Origin: a phage
Sequence record: PZ618370.1
Reading direction: 5' to 3' (one strand)
Length of the DNA: 39,720 nucleotides
Part shown: positions 1-7,296 of the stretch, in pieces
How the letters are laid out: the number at the start of each line of letters is the position of its first letter
Position numbering within the stretch: position 1 is the stretch's first letter
Translations under genes and position numbers: made by a program
The notes under the pieces: model-generated
Told to the model about the DNA's origin: nothing
Database searches by the model: none
What the model saw: the letters and a program-made list of their open reading frames with translations, nothing else

Positions 1-211
1 ATCGGATGACGACCAGTGAACCAATCAGTAGGTAGACCATAGGTTAGCCTGAATGGTGTTACCTAAAGTCCTTGACTACAGTAGCTAAGGTCAGTAGAGT
101 GAGTCTTTATCCACGTACTGACCTTAGCTACTGTAGTCAAGGACTTTAGGTAACACCATTCAGGCTAACCTATGGTCTACCTACTGATTGGTTCACTGGT
201 CGTCATCCGAT
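1..211. repeat. terminal foldback palindrome: arms 1-96 and 116-211 are exact reverse complements, 19-nt spacer 97-115
   Basis: Reverse complement of 1-96 written out by hand equals 116-211 base for base. Hairpin-end read-through or assembly artefact are both possible. Confidence 0.9.
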
Positions 212-242
212 GGTCTCAGACCTACGGTCCTTGACCTACAGT
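116..242 (+). repeat. left copy of direct terminal repeat (at least 127 bp)
   Basis: Identical to 39594-39720 at the window end; T7-like genomes carry direct terminal repeats. Confidence 0.8.
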
Positions 243-484
243 AGCTGAGACCTTAAGGTAGGGACGATGAGTTTTGGACCAAAAGTTTGAGACCACATCT
301 CACAGTTCAAGAACCTCAAGTCTCCCCATAGGCCTACTTCAGTCCAGACCAAAGGCCATACCCCAGTCTATCATAAGGTTGGACAGATGGTCAATACTTC
401 AGGTCAACGATAGGTCATGACGATAGGTGGTGGTGGAGACGATAGGTAGGGACTATGGGTCTGTCTCTGAGTCTCTATCTGTAT

Positions 485-613
485 AACCATAAGTCACTAA
501 CCATAGGTCCTACAACCATAGGTCCTACAACCATAGGTCCTACAACCATAGGTCCTACAACCTACAGTCTCAACCATAAGACACCAACACCTACAGTCAT
601 AGACCTACAGTTA
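485..613 (+). repeat. tandem array of 15-bp unit AACCATAGGTCCTAC (4 perfect copies 499-558, degenerate copies on both sides)
   Basis: Direct reading of sequence; sits in the non-coding left leader, analogous to the repeated motifs in the T7 left end. Confidence 0.85.
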
Positions 614-722
614 ATAGACACACAGCTATAGACTTAAGGACAAAGACATGATAGTCAAAGACTATATCCTCTTACACCATGAGGCCGACGATAGCTTAAT
701 CAATATTATTTCAAATTACCTA

Positions 723-752
723 TTGACTATAGGTCTAGACTATGGCCTAATA
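723..752 (+). promoter_or_regulatory. host sigma70-type early promoter (T7 A1-like)
   Basis: -35 TTGACT at 723-728, about 17-nt spacer, -10-like CCTAAT/CTAATA around 746-752; flanking sequence resembles the T7 A1 promoter context. Confidence 0.45.
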
Positions 753-863
753 GCTTCCGTCAACACGACACGGCAACAACCGGATAGTGAAGACGCCGGG
801 TCATCCCGGTTAAGTAGACAGCCTGATAAGTCATACGAACAACAGGCAGATGACAGAAAGTAG

Positions 864-893
864 TTGACAAGATGTACCGACTTAAAGTAGTAT
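864..893 (+). promoter_or_regulatory. host sigma70-type early promoter (T7 A2/A3-like)
   Basis: -35 TTGACA at 864-869, 18-nt spacer, -10 TAGTAT at 888-893, followed by GTACCACAT as in T7 A3. Confidence 0.5.
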
Positions 894-1004
894 GTACCAC
901 ATCGAAACAACAGTGATGACCAACACTGAAATGGTCTACCTGAAGTCCTCTGACTGAAGGGAATGCTCTTTAACAATCTGGATAACTCTTAATGTGCGCC
1001 GATA

Positions 1005-1100
1005 GCGACTAACTACAGGGTCTTTGAGTCTACCGCGAGACGGGCTTGACTTGAGCGACTGAAGGCCCTGACTGATAGTCACTACTAACTAACTAACTAA
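1005..1100 (+). promoter_or_regulatory. putative RNase III-type processing element upstream of gene 0.3, ending in the three-frame stop TAACTAACTAACTAA
   Basis: Shares ACTACAGG(G)TC(C)TTTGA and GACTGAAGG(C/G)CCTGACTGAT(A/T)GTCAC blocks with the element at 1936-1985; position matches T7 R0.3. Confidence 0.3.
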
Positions 1101-1112
1101 AGGATACACATC

Positions 1113-1565
1113 ATGATTTACACTAACGAACCAGCCAACGTCTTCTATGTGCTCGTGTCTGCCGCTCGTGCTGAACATAGCGATACGCAAAACATGGTAC
1201 GCCAGTTAGACCTTAAGGCGCTGCTGCAAGCCGAACCTGAATACTACGGCGTACTTGAGTGTACGGGTCTTGAGGGATGCTACCGCGAAGAGGGTCAGGA
1301 CGCTGTAAGCACTGAGCGGACCTACCGTGTGCGCTGTGAGAAGCGCGCTCAGGCAATCAACGTGGCTCGTCTGGCCTGTAACGACTTTGAGCAAGACTGC
1401 GTGATGGTCTACAAGTCTCAGACTCACACGGCTGGACTGATGTTCTGCAAGGGGCAGGACGGCTACAAGACTACACGTCTGAACGGGACATTCCAGCAGG
1501 TCGATGCGCCTAAAGGTGAATGCTACACGAAAGATGCTGAAGGTCGCTTCTGGGAGGTGGTGTAA
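1113..1565 (+). CDS. 0.3: S-adenosyl-L-methionine hydrolase/lyase, T3 gene 0.3-type anti-restriction protein
   Basis: 150-aa ORF, first gene after the leader; aligns along its length with T3 SAMase as recalled (PANVFYVLVSA, GCYRE, RVRC, AQA.NVARLACN, QDCV.VYKSQTHTAGL). Confidence 0.8.
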   Translation: MIYTNEPANVFYVLVSAARAEHSDTQNMVRQLDLKALLQAEPEYYGVLECTGLEGCYREEGQDAVSTERTYRVRCEKRAQAINVARLACNDFEQDCVMVYKSQTHTAGLMFCKGQDGYKTTRLNGTFQQVDAPKGECYTKDAEGRFWEVV

Positions 1566-1792
1566 TGTCTAAGGTCAAAGACGTAGTGTCCTCTCGCACT
1601 CACAAGCTGGCTGAGAGCTGGCTTAGTGTCAGAATTGAGACGGATGTAGATAATTGCAAGTGGGTGACGATAGTCTCTCACATCCACCTAAATCAGGAGA
1701 CTCTCCTGCCGCACTGTTACAGCCATGAGTTCACAGACTCTGAGATACTGCGTGACAGTGACTTCCTGAAATACTATGCGAGGTTCCGCTAA
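1565..1792 (+). CDS. hypothetical early protein (75 aa)
   Basis: ORF with SD GGGAGG at 1552-1557; start overlaps the stop of 0.3 (TAATG); no recognisable motif. Confidence 0.5.
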   Translation: MSKVKDVVSSRTHKLAESWLSVRIETDVDNCKWVTIVSHIHLNQETLLPHCYSHEFTDSEILRDSDFLKYYARFR

Positions 1793-1793
1793 T

Positions 1794-1919
1794 ATGTACA
1801 CGATAAGCTATAGCAGCGAGCAGGCGTTCTACGATGGTCTCGTGGAGCTGATGAAGCGCGGGGCCTGCTACACGGCTAACCACCATGCGCTGACCATAAC
1901 GCTGACAGGTGGATACTAA
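1794..1919 (+). CDS. hypothetical small early protein (41 aa)
   Basis: ATG 2 nt after the preceding stop, fills the gap before the 0.7 leader; no SD; hand-translated MYTISYSSEQAFYDGLVELMKRGACYTANHHALTITLTGGY. Confidence 0.3.
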   Translation: MYTISYSSEQAFYDGLVELMKRGACYTANHHALTITLTGGY

Positions 1920-1935
1920 TAGGTTTACGAGTGCC

Positions 1936-1985
1936 AGACTACAGGTCCTTTGACTGAAGGGCCTGACTGATTGTCACTTAACCAC
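1936..1985 (+). promoter_or_regulatory. putative RNase III-type processing element upstream of gene 0.7
   Basis: Second copy of the conserved blocks seen at 1005-1085; position matches T7 R0.5. Confidence 0.3.
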
Positions 1986-2004
1986 ATGAGAAGGAAACAA
2001 CCGT

Positions 2005-2739
2005 ATGAACGCACACGATAAAGTAATCATGAACAACCTTATGTCTCAGCTTCACGCTATCATCTGCGAGGAGTGCTACAAGATTGAAGCCTCTTGCGCT
2101 GGCATAGCAGGTCAGCCACGCTGGAGAGCCTTTGAGATACTGGCACGGGAACATGGTTACAAGCTGTTAGGCTTAGGGCATTTCGCTGCCGCCTTTGAGC
2201 ATGAGGACCTTCCGGGATATGCAATCAAGGTGGGCTTTAAGAAGGACGACTCAGGCGCTGCATATGCGGCATTCTGCCGAGAGAATGAGGGAATGGCTGG
2301 ACTTCCAGTCATCCATCTTGTCAAGCGATTTAGCAGGGCGTACATGGTGGCTATGGATAAGTACCGCTCACTGGATGAAATTGGCGGGGACTACTGCCGG
2401 GACGGTGAGACCTATGAACAGCGAGTCTTAAACGTGTCGTGGCGTGTAGTAAACGCGGTGATAGACCACTGCGAGATGCCGTCAACCGCGCTGTATTGGT
2501 GGCTGGATAGTGCGGCCCGCTCTGAGTTCGCTTACTTAGAGGCCCAGTACATTAAAGACCTTGCGCAGACTGCACGTAAGATTCATACGTTCTTCTACGG
2601 TCTGGCATCGTTCGACACGCACCGGGCTAACGTGATGGTAGATAACAGCGGGCGCTTGATAATCACTGACCCAGTGTCTTGGGCTCAGGCAGACCATCAA
2701 GACGAGTTGCAAGGCATACTCAACACAATAGCTGAGTGA
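2005..2739 (+). CDS. 0.7: serine/threonine protein kinase (T7 gp0.7 kinase domain only, 244 aa)
   Basis: KVGFKKDDSGAAY, catalytic-loop-like FDTHRANVMV and ITDPVS match T7 gp0.7 as recalled; about 115 aa shorter than T7 gp0.7, so the C-terminal host-shutoff domain appears absent. Confidence 0.8.
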   Translation: MNAHDKVIMNNLMSQLHAIICEECYKIEASCAGIAGQPRWRAFEILAREHGYKLLGLGHFAAAFEHEDLPGYAIKVGFKKDDSGAAYAAFCRENEGMAGLPVIHLVKRFSRAYMVAMDKYRSLDEIGGDYCRDGETYEQRVLNVSWRVVNAVIDHCEMPSTALYWWLDSAARSEFAYLEAQYIKDLAQTARKIHTFFYGLASFDTHRANVMVDNSGRLIITDPVSWAQADHQDELQGILNTIAE

Positions 2740-2805
2740 TAGACGAGAGGCCACTACATCTAGTGGTCTCAAAGATTATTTCTCACAACATATAGGAGCG
2801 TCGCC

Positions 2806-2967
2806 ATGAAAGCATTGTTAACTTACATCACAATCATCGCACTCTGGGTTACTGCTGTGGCTACCGATGGCAATGCTGGTCACTGGGGCTGGCTGGCGGT
2901 CGACATCATTATGTCGCCTGTAGGAGTGGTGCGCGGCCTGCTGATTCTCTTCGGGCTTGCGGGATGA
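2806..2967 (+). CDS. hypothetical small membrane protein (53 aa, two hydrophobic segments)
   Basis: ATG at 2806 with SD AGGAG 2795-2799; hand-translated MKALLTYITIIALWVTAVATDG...LLILFGLAG; below the 60-aa cutoff of the ORF track. Confidence 0.4.
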   Translation: MKALLTYITIIALWVTAVATDGNAGHWGWLAVDIIMSPVGVVRGLLILFGLAG

Positions 2968-3164
2968 TTATGGGCTGGGCACTTCTGGTCATCGGCTACG
3001 GGTTAATACTCGCAGTCCTCACGAAAGACATCGTGAAAGCACGTAAAGTCTACCGCTTCCAGTATGTATCGCTGGGGCGCTGGACTGTACGTCAACCTAA
3101 CGGACGATTCATGCGCAACCTCGCGAACGTCTGGGATATAGCAACTCTTGGGAGCAAACTGTAA
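2964..3164 (+). CDS. hypothetical small membrane protein (66 aa, N-terminal TM helix)
   Basis: ORF start overlaps the preceding stop (ATGA), end overlaps the next start; hydrophobic N-terminus GWALLVIGYGLILAVL. Confidence 0.4.
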   Translation: MIMGWALLVIGYGLILAVLTKDIVKARKVYRFQYVSLGRWTVRQPNGRFMRNLANVWDIATLGSKL

Positions 3165-3490
3165 TGAACAAGGCATACGGGATTAATCTGGTACACTCTA
3201 TGGACGCAGACCTTAATCTGCTTTCAGCACTGGCTACGGGCTACCGTCACGGGACCTCAAGTCACACCATTCGTCAACAGCAGGAGCGCGACCGGGTGCT
3301 ACAAGTAAGACTCCGGGCTGAGGGCCATAAGTCCGAGCTGATGTGTCTGGCGTATGGTGGACGACCAATCACCGACGATGGTAAACTTCTGGTCTCAGGC
3401 TGGAAGGCGATAGACCAACGGTCAACCATCAAGCACACGACTCGCGGTGACTTCAGTCATCTTCACGCTAACCCTCTGATATGCAAGTAA
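3164..3490 (+). CDS. hypothetical early protein (108 aa)
   Basis: ORF with SD GGAG; no recognisable motif; no T7 counterpart between 0.7 and gene 1. Confidence 0.5.
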   Translation: MNKAYGINLVHSMDADLNLLSALATGYRHGTSSHTIRQQQERDRVLQVRLRAEGHKSELMCLAYGGRPITDDGKLLVSGWKAIDQRSTIKHTTRGDFSHLHANPLICK

Positions 3491-3495
3491 TTCTG

Positions 3496-3518
3496 ACTTA
3501 ACTATCACTATAGGACTC
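3496..3518 (+). promoter_or_regulatory. phage RNAP promoter (ACTTAACTATCACTATA-GGACT), upstream of the RNAP gene
   Basis: 15/17 match to the promoter family consensus; +1 G at 3513; initiating GGA rather than GGGA. Confidence 0.6.
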
Positions 3519-3587
3519 AAGGTCTAAGACTCCAAGTGAAAGACCAAAGAGACTTTAAGTGAAAGACTAATAACAAGGACTTTAAGT
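3519..3587 (+). promoter_or_regulatory. repeat-rich leader of gene 1 (AAGTGAAAGAC x2, GACTTTAAGT x2); possible RNase III/R1-like site
   Basis: Direct repeats at 3534-3544/3557-3567 and 3551-3560/3578-3587; begins with GACTCAAGGTC shared with the RNase III-like family. Confidence 0.3.
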
Positions 3588-6269
3588 ATGAGCGTCATCT
3601 CTATTGACAAACACGACTTCTCTGACGTGTCGAATGCCATTGAGCCATTTAACCTGCTGGCTGACCACTACGGGCAAGACCTTGCAGTCAAGCAGCTTCA
3701 GCTTGAGCATGAGGCATACACTGAAGGCGAGCGACGTTTCATCAAGAACCTTGAGCGCCAGACTGAGCGCGGGGAACTGGCAGACAATCAGGTCGCCAAG
3801 CCTTTGATGCAGACTCTGGTCCCTAAGATTGCGCAAGCCGTCAAGGAGTGGCACGAAGGAAAAGACGGGAAGCTGTCAACCTCTCGCCCAAGCGTAGCGT
3901 TTACCATGCTGAGCACTGATGAGAAGGCTGTCAAAGACCGCTCTCTGCTCATCTCCTGTGGGTCTGCTGCGGTTATCATACTGAAGGTCATCCTCTCCAA
4001 GCTGGTCAAGCCTGAAGGGATACCGATTACACCGATGGCCTCAGCGATAGGCCGCACACTTGAAGATGAAATCCGCTTCGGTCGCATTCGTGACAAGGAG
4101 CGGGAGCACTTCAAGAAGGCGATAGCTGAGAACCTGAACAAGCGAGCCGGGGCATCCTACAAGAAAGCCTACATGCAAGCGGTTGAAACCTCCATGCTGG
4201 AGCAGGGTCAACTGGAAGATGCGTGGGGAAATTGGAGTCCTACCGAGGCGGTACACGTTGGCATCAAGATGCTTGAGATTGTCATCCAGTCTACACAACT
4301 TGTCGAGCTTAAGCGTTATGGTGCTGGCAATGCATCGGCTGACGTTGAGATGGTCCACCTGTCAGACTTCTGGGTAAAGAAGATGGCACAACGTGGATTC
4401 AGCCTCGCGGGTATCGCGCCAGTATATCAACCTTGCGTAGTACCACCTAAGCCGTGGACTGGTGTCGTGGGTGGTGGGTATTGGGCCAAAGGTCGCAGAC
4501 CGTTGCCGCTGATTCGATTAGGGTCTAAGTCTGCGGTGGCACGTTACGAAGACGTGTACATGCCTGAAGTCTACGACGCTGTGAACATCATTCAGAATAC
4601 ACCTTGGAAAGTGAACAAGAAGGTTCTGGACGTGGTGAACATGGTCGAGAAGCTGAACAACACACCTATTAAAGACATCCCGCAAATGGAACCACTGAAG
4701 CCTGAGGACTATGCAGGTGAGACTGAAGAGGAACTCAAGGCATGGAAGAAAGCTGCTGCTGGTATCTATCGTCGCGAGAAGGCCCGAAAGTCACGCAGAT
4801 TGTCACTGAGCTTTATCGTTAACCAAGCGAACAAGTTTTCTCAGTTTAAGGCCATCTGGTTTCCGTACAACATGGATTGGCGAGGTCGCGTCTACGCTGT
4901 ACCGATGTTCAACCCTCAGGGTAACGACATGCAAAAAGGCCTCCTGACTCTTGCGGTCGGCAAGCCTATTGGTTCCGATGGCTTCAAATGGCTGAAGGTA
5001 CACGGTGCAAACTGTGCGGGTGTAGATAAAGTAACCTTCGAGGAGCGCATTAAGTGGGTGGAAGACAACCATGACAACATCATGGCTACCGCTAAAGCAC
5101 CGATGGATAGCATTGAGTGGTGGGGCAAGTTAGGCTCCCCGTTCTGCTTCCTTGCGTTCTGCTTCGAGTATGCTGGCGTAATGCATCACGGATTGTCTTA
5201 CTCATGCTCGCTGCCGATAGCGTTCGATGGGTCATGCTCTGGGATTCAGCACTTCAGCGCGATGCTTCGTGACCACATCGGTGGACATGCAGTAAACCTG
5301 ACGCCTTCCGGTAAGGTCCAAGACATCTACCGCATCGTGTCTGACCGCATTGAGGAGGAACTTAAAGTCCTGCTGGTTAACGGTACGGACAACGAGATGG
5401 TGACTCAAGAGGACAAGAAAACAGGTGAGATTACCGAGCGTCTTAAGCTGGGGACACGAGAGCTTGCGCGCCAGTGGCTTACCTATGGTATGTCACGAGA
5501 GGTCACTAAGCGTTCGGTCATGACTCTGGCATACGGGTCGAAAGAGTATGGATTCGCAGACCAAGTGTACGAGGATATCGTGATGCCAGCGATTGACTCA
5601 GGGTCTGGCGCTATGTTCACCGAGCCAAGCCAAGCATCTCGCTTCATGGCTAAGATGATTTGGGAAGCTGTTAGTGTGACCGTAGTTGCTGCGGTTGATG
5701 CGATGAAGTGGCTTCAAGGTGCTGCCAAGCTGCTGGCTGCTGAAGTGAGTGACAAGAACACAGGCGAAATCCTGAAGCCGTGCCTTCCTGTACATTGGGT
5801 CACACCCGATGGTTTCCCGGTCTGGCAGGAATACCGAAAGAAAGATACCACTCGTCTGAACCTGATGTTCTTAGGGTCATTCAACCTTCAGCCTACCGTC
5901 AACAGAGGCACGAAGAAAGAGTTGGACAAGCACAAGCAGGAGTCAGGCATTAGCCCGAACTTCGTCCACTCACAAGATGGTAGCCACCTCCGCAAGACTG
6001 TAGTCCACACGCACCGCAAGTATGGCGTGATGTCCTTCGCAGTGATTCACGATAGCTTCGGGACCATCCCGGCTGACGCTGAGTATCTGTTCCGTGGCGT
6101 CCGTGAGACGATGGTAGAGACCTACCGCGACAACGATGTGCTGCTTGACTTCTACGAGCAGTTTGAATACCAGCTTCACGAGAGCCAGCGCGACAAGTTG
6201 CCTGAGCTTCCGAAGAAAGGTAAACTGAATATCGAAGACATCTTGTCTTCAGACTTTGCATTTGCTTAA
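3588..6269 (+). CDS. 1: single-subunit DNA-directed RNA polymerase (T7 gp1 family, 893 aa)
   Basis: Full-length collinear similarity to T7 RNAP as recalled (SREVTKRSVMTLAYGSKE, HWVTPDGFPVWQEY, NFVHSQDGSHLRKTVV, IHDSFGTIPADA, C-terminal FAFA). Confidence 0.97.
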   Translation: MSVISIDKHDFSDVSNAIEPFNLLADHYGQDLAVKQLQLEHEAYTEGERRFIKNLERQTERGELADNQVAKPLMQTLVPKIAQAVKEWHEGKDGKLSTSRPSVAFTMLSTDEKAVKDRSLLISCGSAAVIILKVILSKLVKPEGIPITPMASAIGRTLEDEIRFGRIRDKEREHFKKAIAENLNKRAGASYKKAYMQAVETSMLEQGQLEDAWGNWSPTEAVHVGIKMLEIVIQSTQLVELKRYGAGNASADVEMVHLSDFWVKKMAQRGFSLAGIAPVYQPCVVPPKPWTGVVGGGYWAKGRRPLPLIRLGSKSAVARYEDVYMPEVYDAVNIIQNTPWKVNKKVLDVVNMVEKLNNTPIKDIPQMEPLKPEDYAGETEEELKAWKKAAAGIYRREKARKSRRLSLSFIVNQANKFSQFKAIWFPYNMDWRGRVYAVPMFNPQGNDMQKGLLTLAVGKPIGSDGFKWLKVHGANCAGVDKVTFEERIKWVEDNHDNIMATAKAPMDSIEWWGKLGSPFCFLAFCFEYAGVMHHGLSYSCSLPIAFDGSCSGIQHFSAMLRDHIGGHAVNLTPSGKVQDIYRIVSDRIEEELKVLLVNGTDNEMVTQEDKKTGEITERLKLGTRELARQWLTYGMSREVTKRSVMTLAYGSKEYGFADQVYEDIVMPAIDSGSGAMFTEPSQASRFMAKMIWEAVSVTVVAAVDAMKWLQGAAKLLAAEVSDKNTGEILKPCLPVHWVTPDGFPVWQEYRKKDTTRLNLMFLGSFNLQPTVNRGTKKELDKHKQESGISPNFVHSQDGSHLRKTVVHTHRKYGVMSFAVIHDSFGTIPADAEYLFRGVRETMVETYRDNDVLLDFYEQFEYQLHESQRDKLPELPKKGKLNIEDILSSDFAFA

Positions 6270-6281
6270 CAGGAGATAGTT

Positions 6282-6482
6282 ATGAAATTTGCACACAAGC
6301 AGACTGGCGTTAATGGTGGGACTCAAATCGTGACCGTAACAGAACACAACGGGAAGGGTCTGGTGAAGACCACGGTCATCCCCACCGAGATGTCAAAGCA
6401 GCTTAACGTCCCGTTCAAGTGGCTGGTTAAGCAGGTTGAGCAGACACACGAGCAAGCTCTTAAAGAGGCGGCAACCAAATGA
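6282..6482 (+). CDS. hypothetical protein (66 aa)
   Basis: ORF with SD AGGAG; lies between gene 1 and the phi1.1 promoter where T7 has no gene (T3-like phages carry extra genes here). Confidence 0.5.
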   Translation: MKFAHKQTGVNGGTQIVTVTEHNGKGLVKTTVIPTEMSKQLNVPFKWLVKQVEQTHEQALKEAATK

Positions 6483-6556
6483 CAGACCTACAGTTACTGG
6501 CCCTGTGGCTGGGAGCACTAGCAGTATTCACTCTAATCCAACGCAGAAGAGGTTAA
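6479..6556 (+). CDS. possible 25-aa hydrophobic peptide
   Basis: ATG overlaps the preceding stop (ATGA); hand-translated MTDLQLLALWLGALAVFTLIQRRRG; very short, speculative. Confidence 0.2.
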   Translation: MTDLQLLALWLGALAVFTLIQRRRG

Positions 6557-6560
6557 CCCT

Positions 6561-7040
6561 ATGTTTGGTAAGTCAAAACTCAAAGCACAAATCAAAGAGT
6601 TGAGCATGAAGGCGGCATACTTGGAGCGAGTAGTAATAGTCATGGATAAGGACAACGAGAGGCTGAAGGTTAAACTTGCTGAATCAGAGCGTAAGCGCCT
6701 AACACCACCAGCGGCTGTATTTAGCAAGCGTATGGTAGGCATCAAGTTCAAGGCACTGTTCAACGGGATGTACCAACCGACTGAGTTCAAGACTGGACCG
6801 GGTAACTGCGGTAAGAACGTTAAGCACTTCACAACATCGAAGACTGAGCGCACTATTACCATTCACCAGCACCACGTACACGGGTCTCAGAAAGACTTTG
6901 AGTATCGACTGAGCGACATCGACGGTCGAATCCAGTATGACTACGAGCTGGTTAAGGTCTATGGTGAGGAGGCTGAACAGGAACGTATAAACCAAGACTA
7001 CCGCAACAGACAGCGCTTACACCCTAAACTATCACTATAG
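6561..7040 (+). CDS. hypothetical protein (159 aa, N-terminal coiled-coil-like segment, His-rich centre)
   Basis: ORF with SD GAGG; stop codon TAG lies inside the phi1.1 promoter core; no confident homology. Confidence 0.55.
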   Translation: MFGKSKLKAQIKELSMKAAYLERVVIVMDKDNERLKVKLAESERKRLTPPAAVFSKRMVGIKFKALFNGMYQPTEFKTGPGNCGKNVKHFTTSKTERTITIHQHHVHGSQKDFEYRLSDIDGRIQYDYELVKVYGEEAEQERINQDYRNRQRLHPKLSL

Positions 7041-7045
7041 GATTA
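7023..7045 (+). promoter_or_regulatory. phage RNAP promoter (phi1.1-like)
   Basis: CCTAAACTATCACTATA-GGATT; +1 G at 7040. Confidence 0.8.
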
Positions 7046-7087
7046 GACTCAAGGTCATGACTAAAGTCGTGGCCTTCATGATTAACC
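7041..7087 (+). promoter_or_regulatory. RNase III-type processing hairpin (R1.1-like)
   Basis: Conserved element TAGACTCAAGGTCAT...GTGGCCTTCATGATTA; 5' AAGGTCAT can pair with 3' GTGGCCTT (including G-U pairs); same element before genes 5 and 18.5. Confidence 0.5.
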
Positions 7088-7116
7088 CTAACGTAAACTA
7101 CTGGAGATTCAACCAT

Positions 7117-7296
7117 ATGTATCAGAACACTATCAACTTCGAGCGCATCCGTGAACGTCAGAAGACTGAAGGTTATATTCCGAAGGGACGCAAGCTGAAC
7201 AAGACCAAGCGTGGCGGTGGTGTCAAGGGAGCTTTCCGTAATGCTGAGGGTAAAGACTCTCTGGTAAACCAAGAGAAGTATTTCGTAGGAGCGTAA
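7117..7296 (+). CDS. gp1.1-like small basic protein
   Basis: GRKLNKTKR motif as in T7 gp1.1 as recalled. The track ORF starts at 7057 inside the RNase III-like hairpin; the in-frame ATG at 7117 after GGAG is more plausible. Start uncertain. Confidence 0.45.
   Translation: MYQNTINFERIRERQKTEGYIPKGRKLNKTKRGGGVKGAFRNAEGKDSLVNQEKYFVGA

Noticed and set aside
485-613. Possible CRISPR array
   Set aside because: The 15-bp units are directly adjacent with no spacers, so this is a simple tandem repeat, not a repeat-spacer array.
648-863. 71-aa ORF in the left leader
   Set aside because: Overlaps the host-type early promoters and the repeat-rich leader; no SD; the equivalent T7 region is non-coding.
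2786-2800. Promoter-like ACATATAGGAG upstream of the 53-aa ORF
   Set aside because: Only the TATAGG core matches; the specificity region upstream does not resemble the promoter family.
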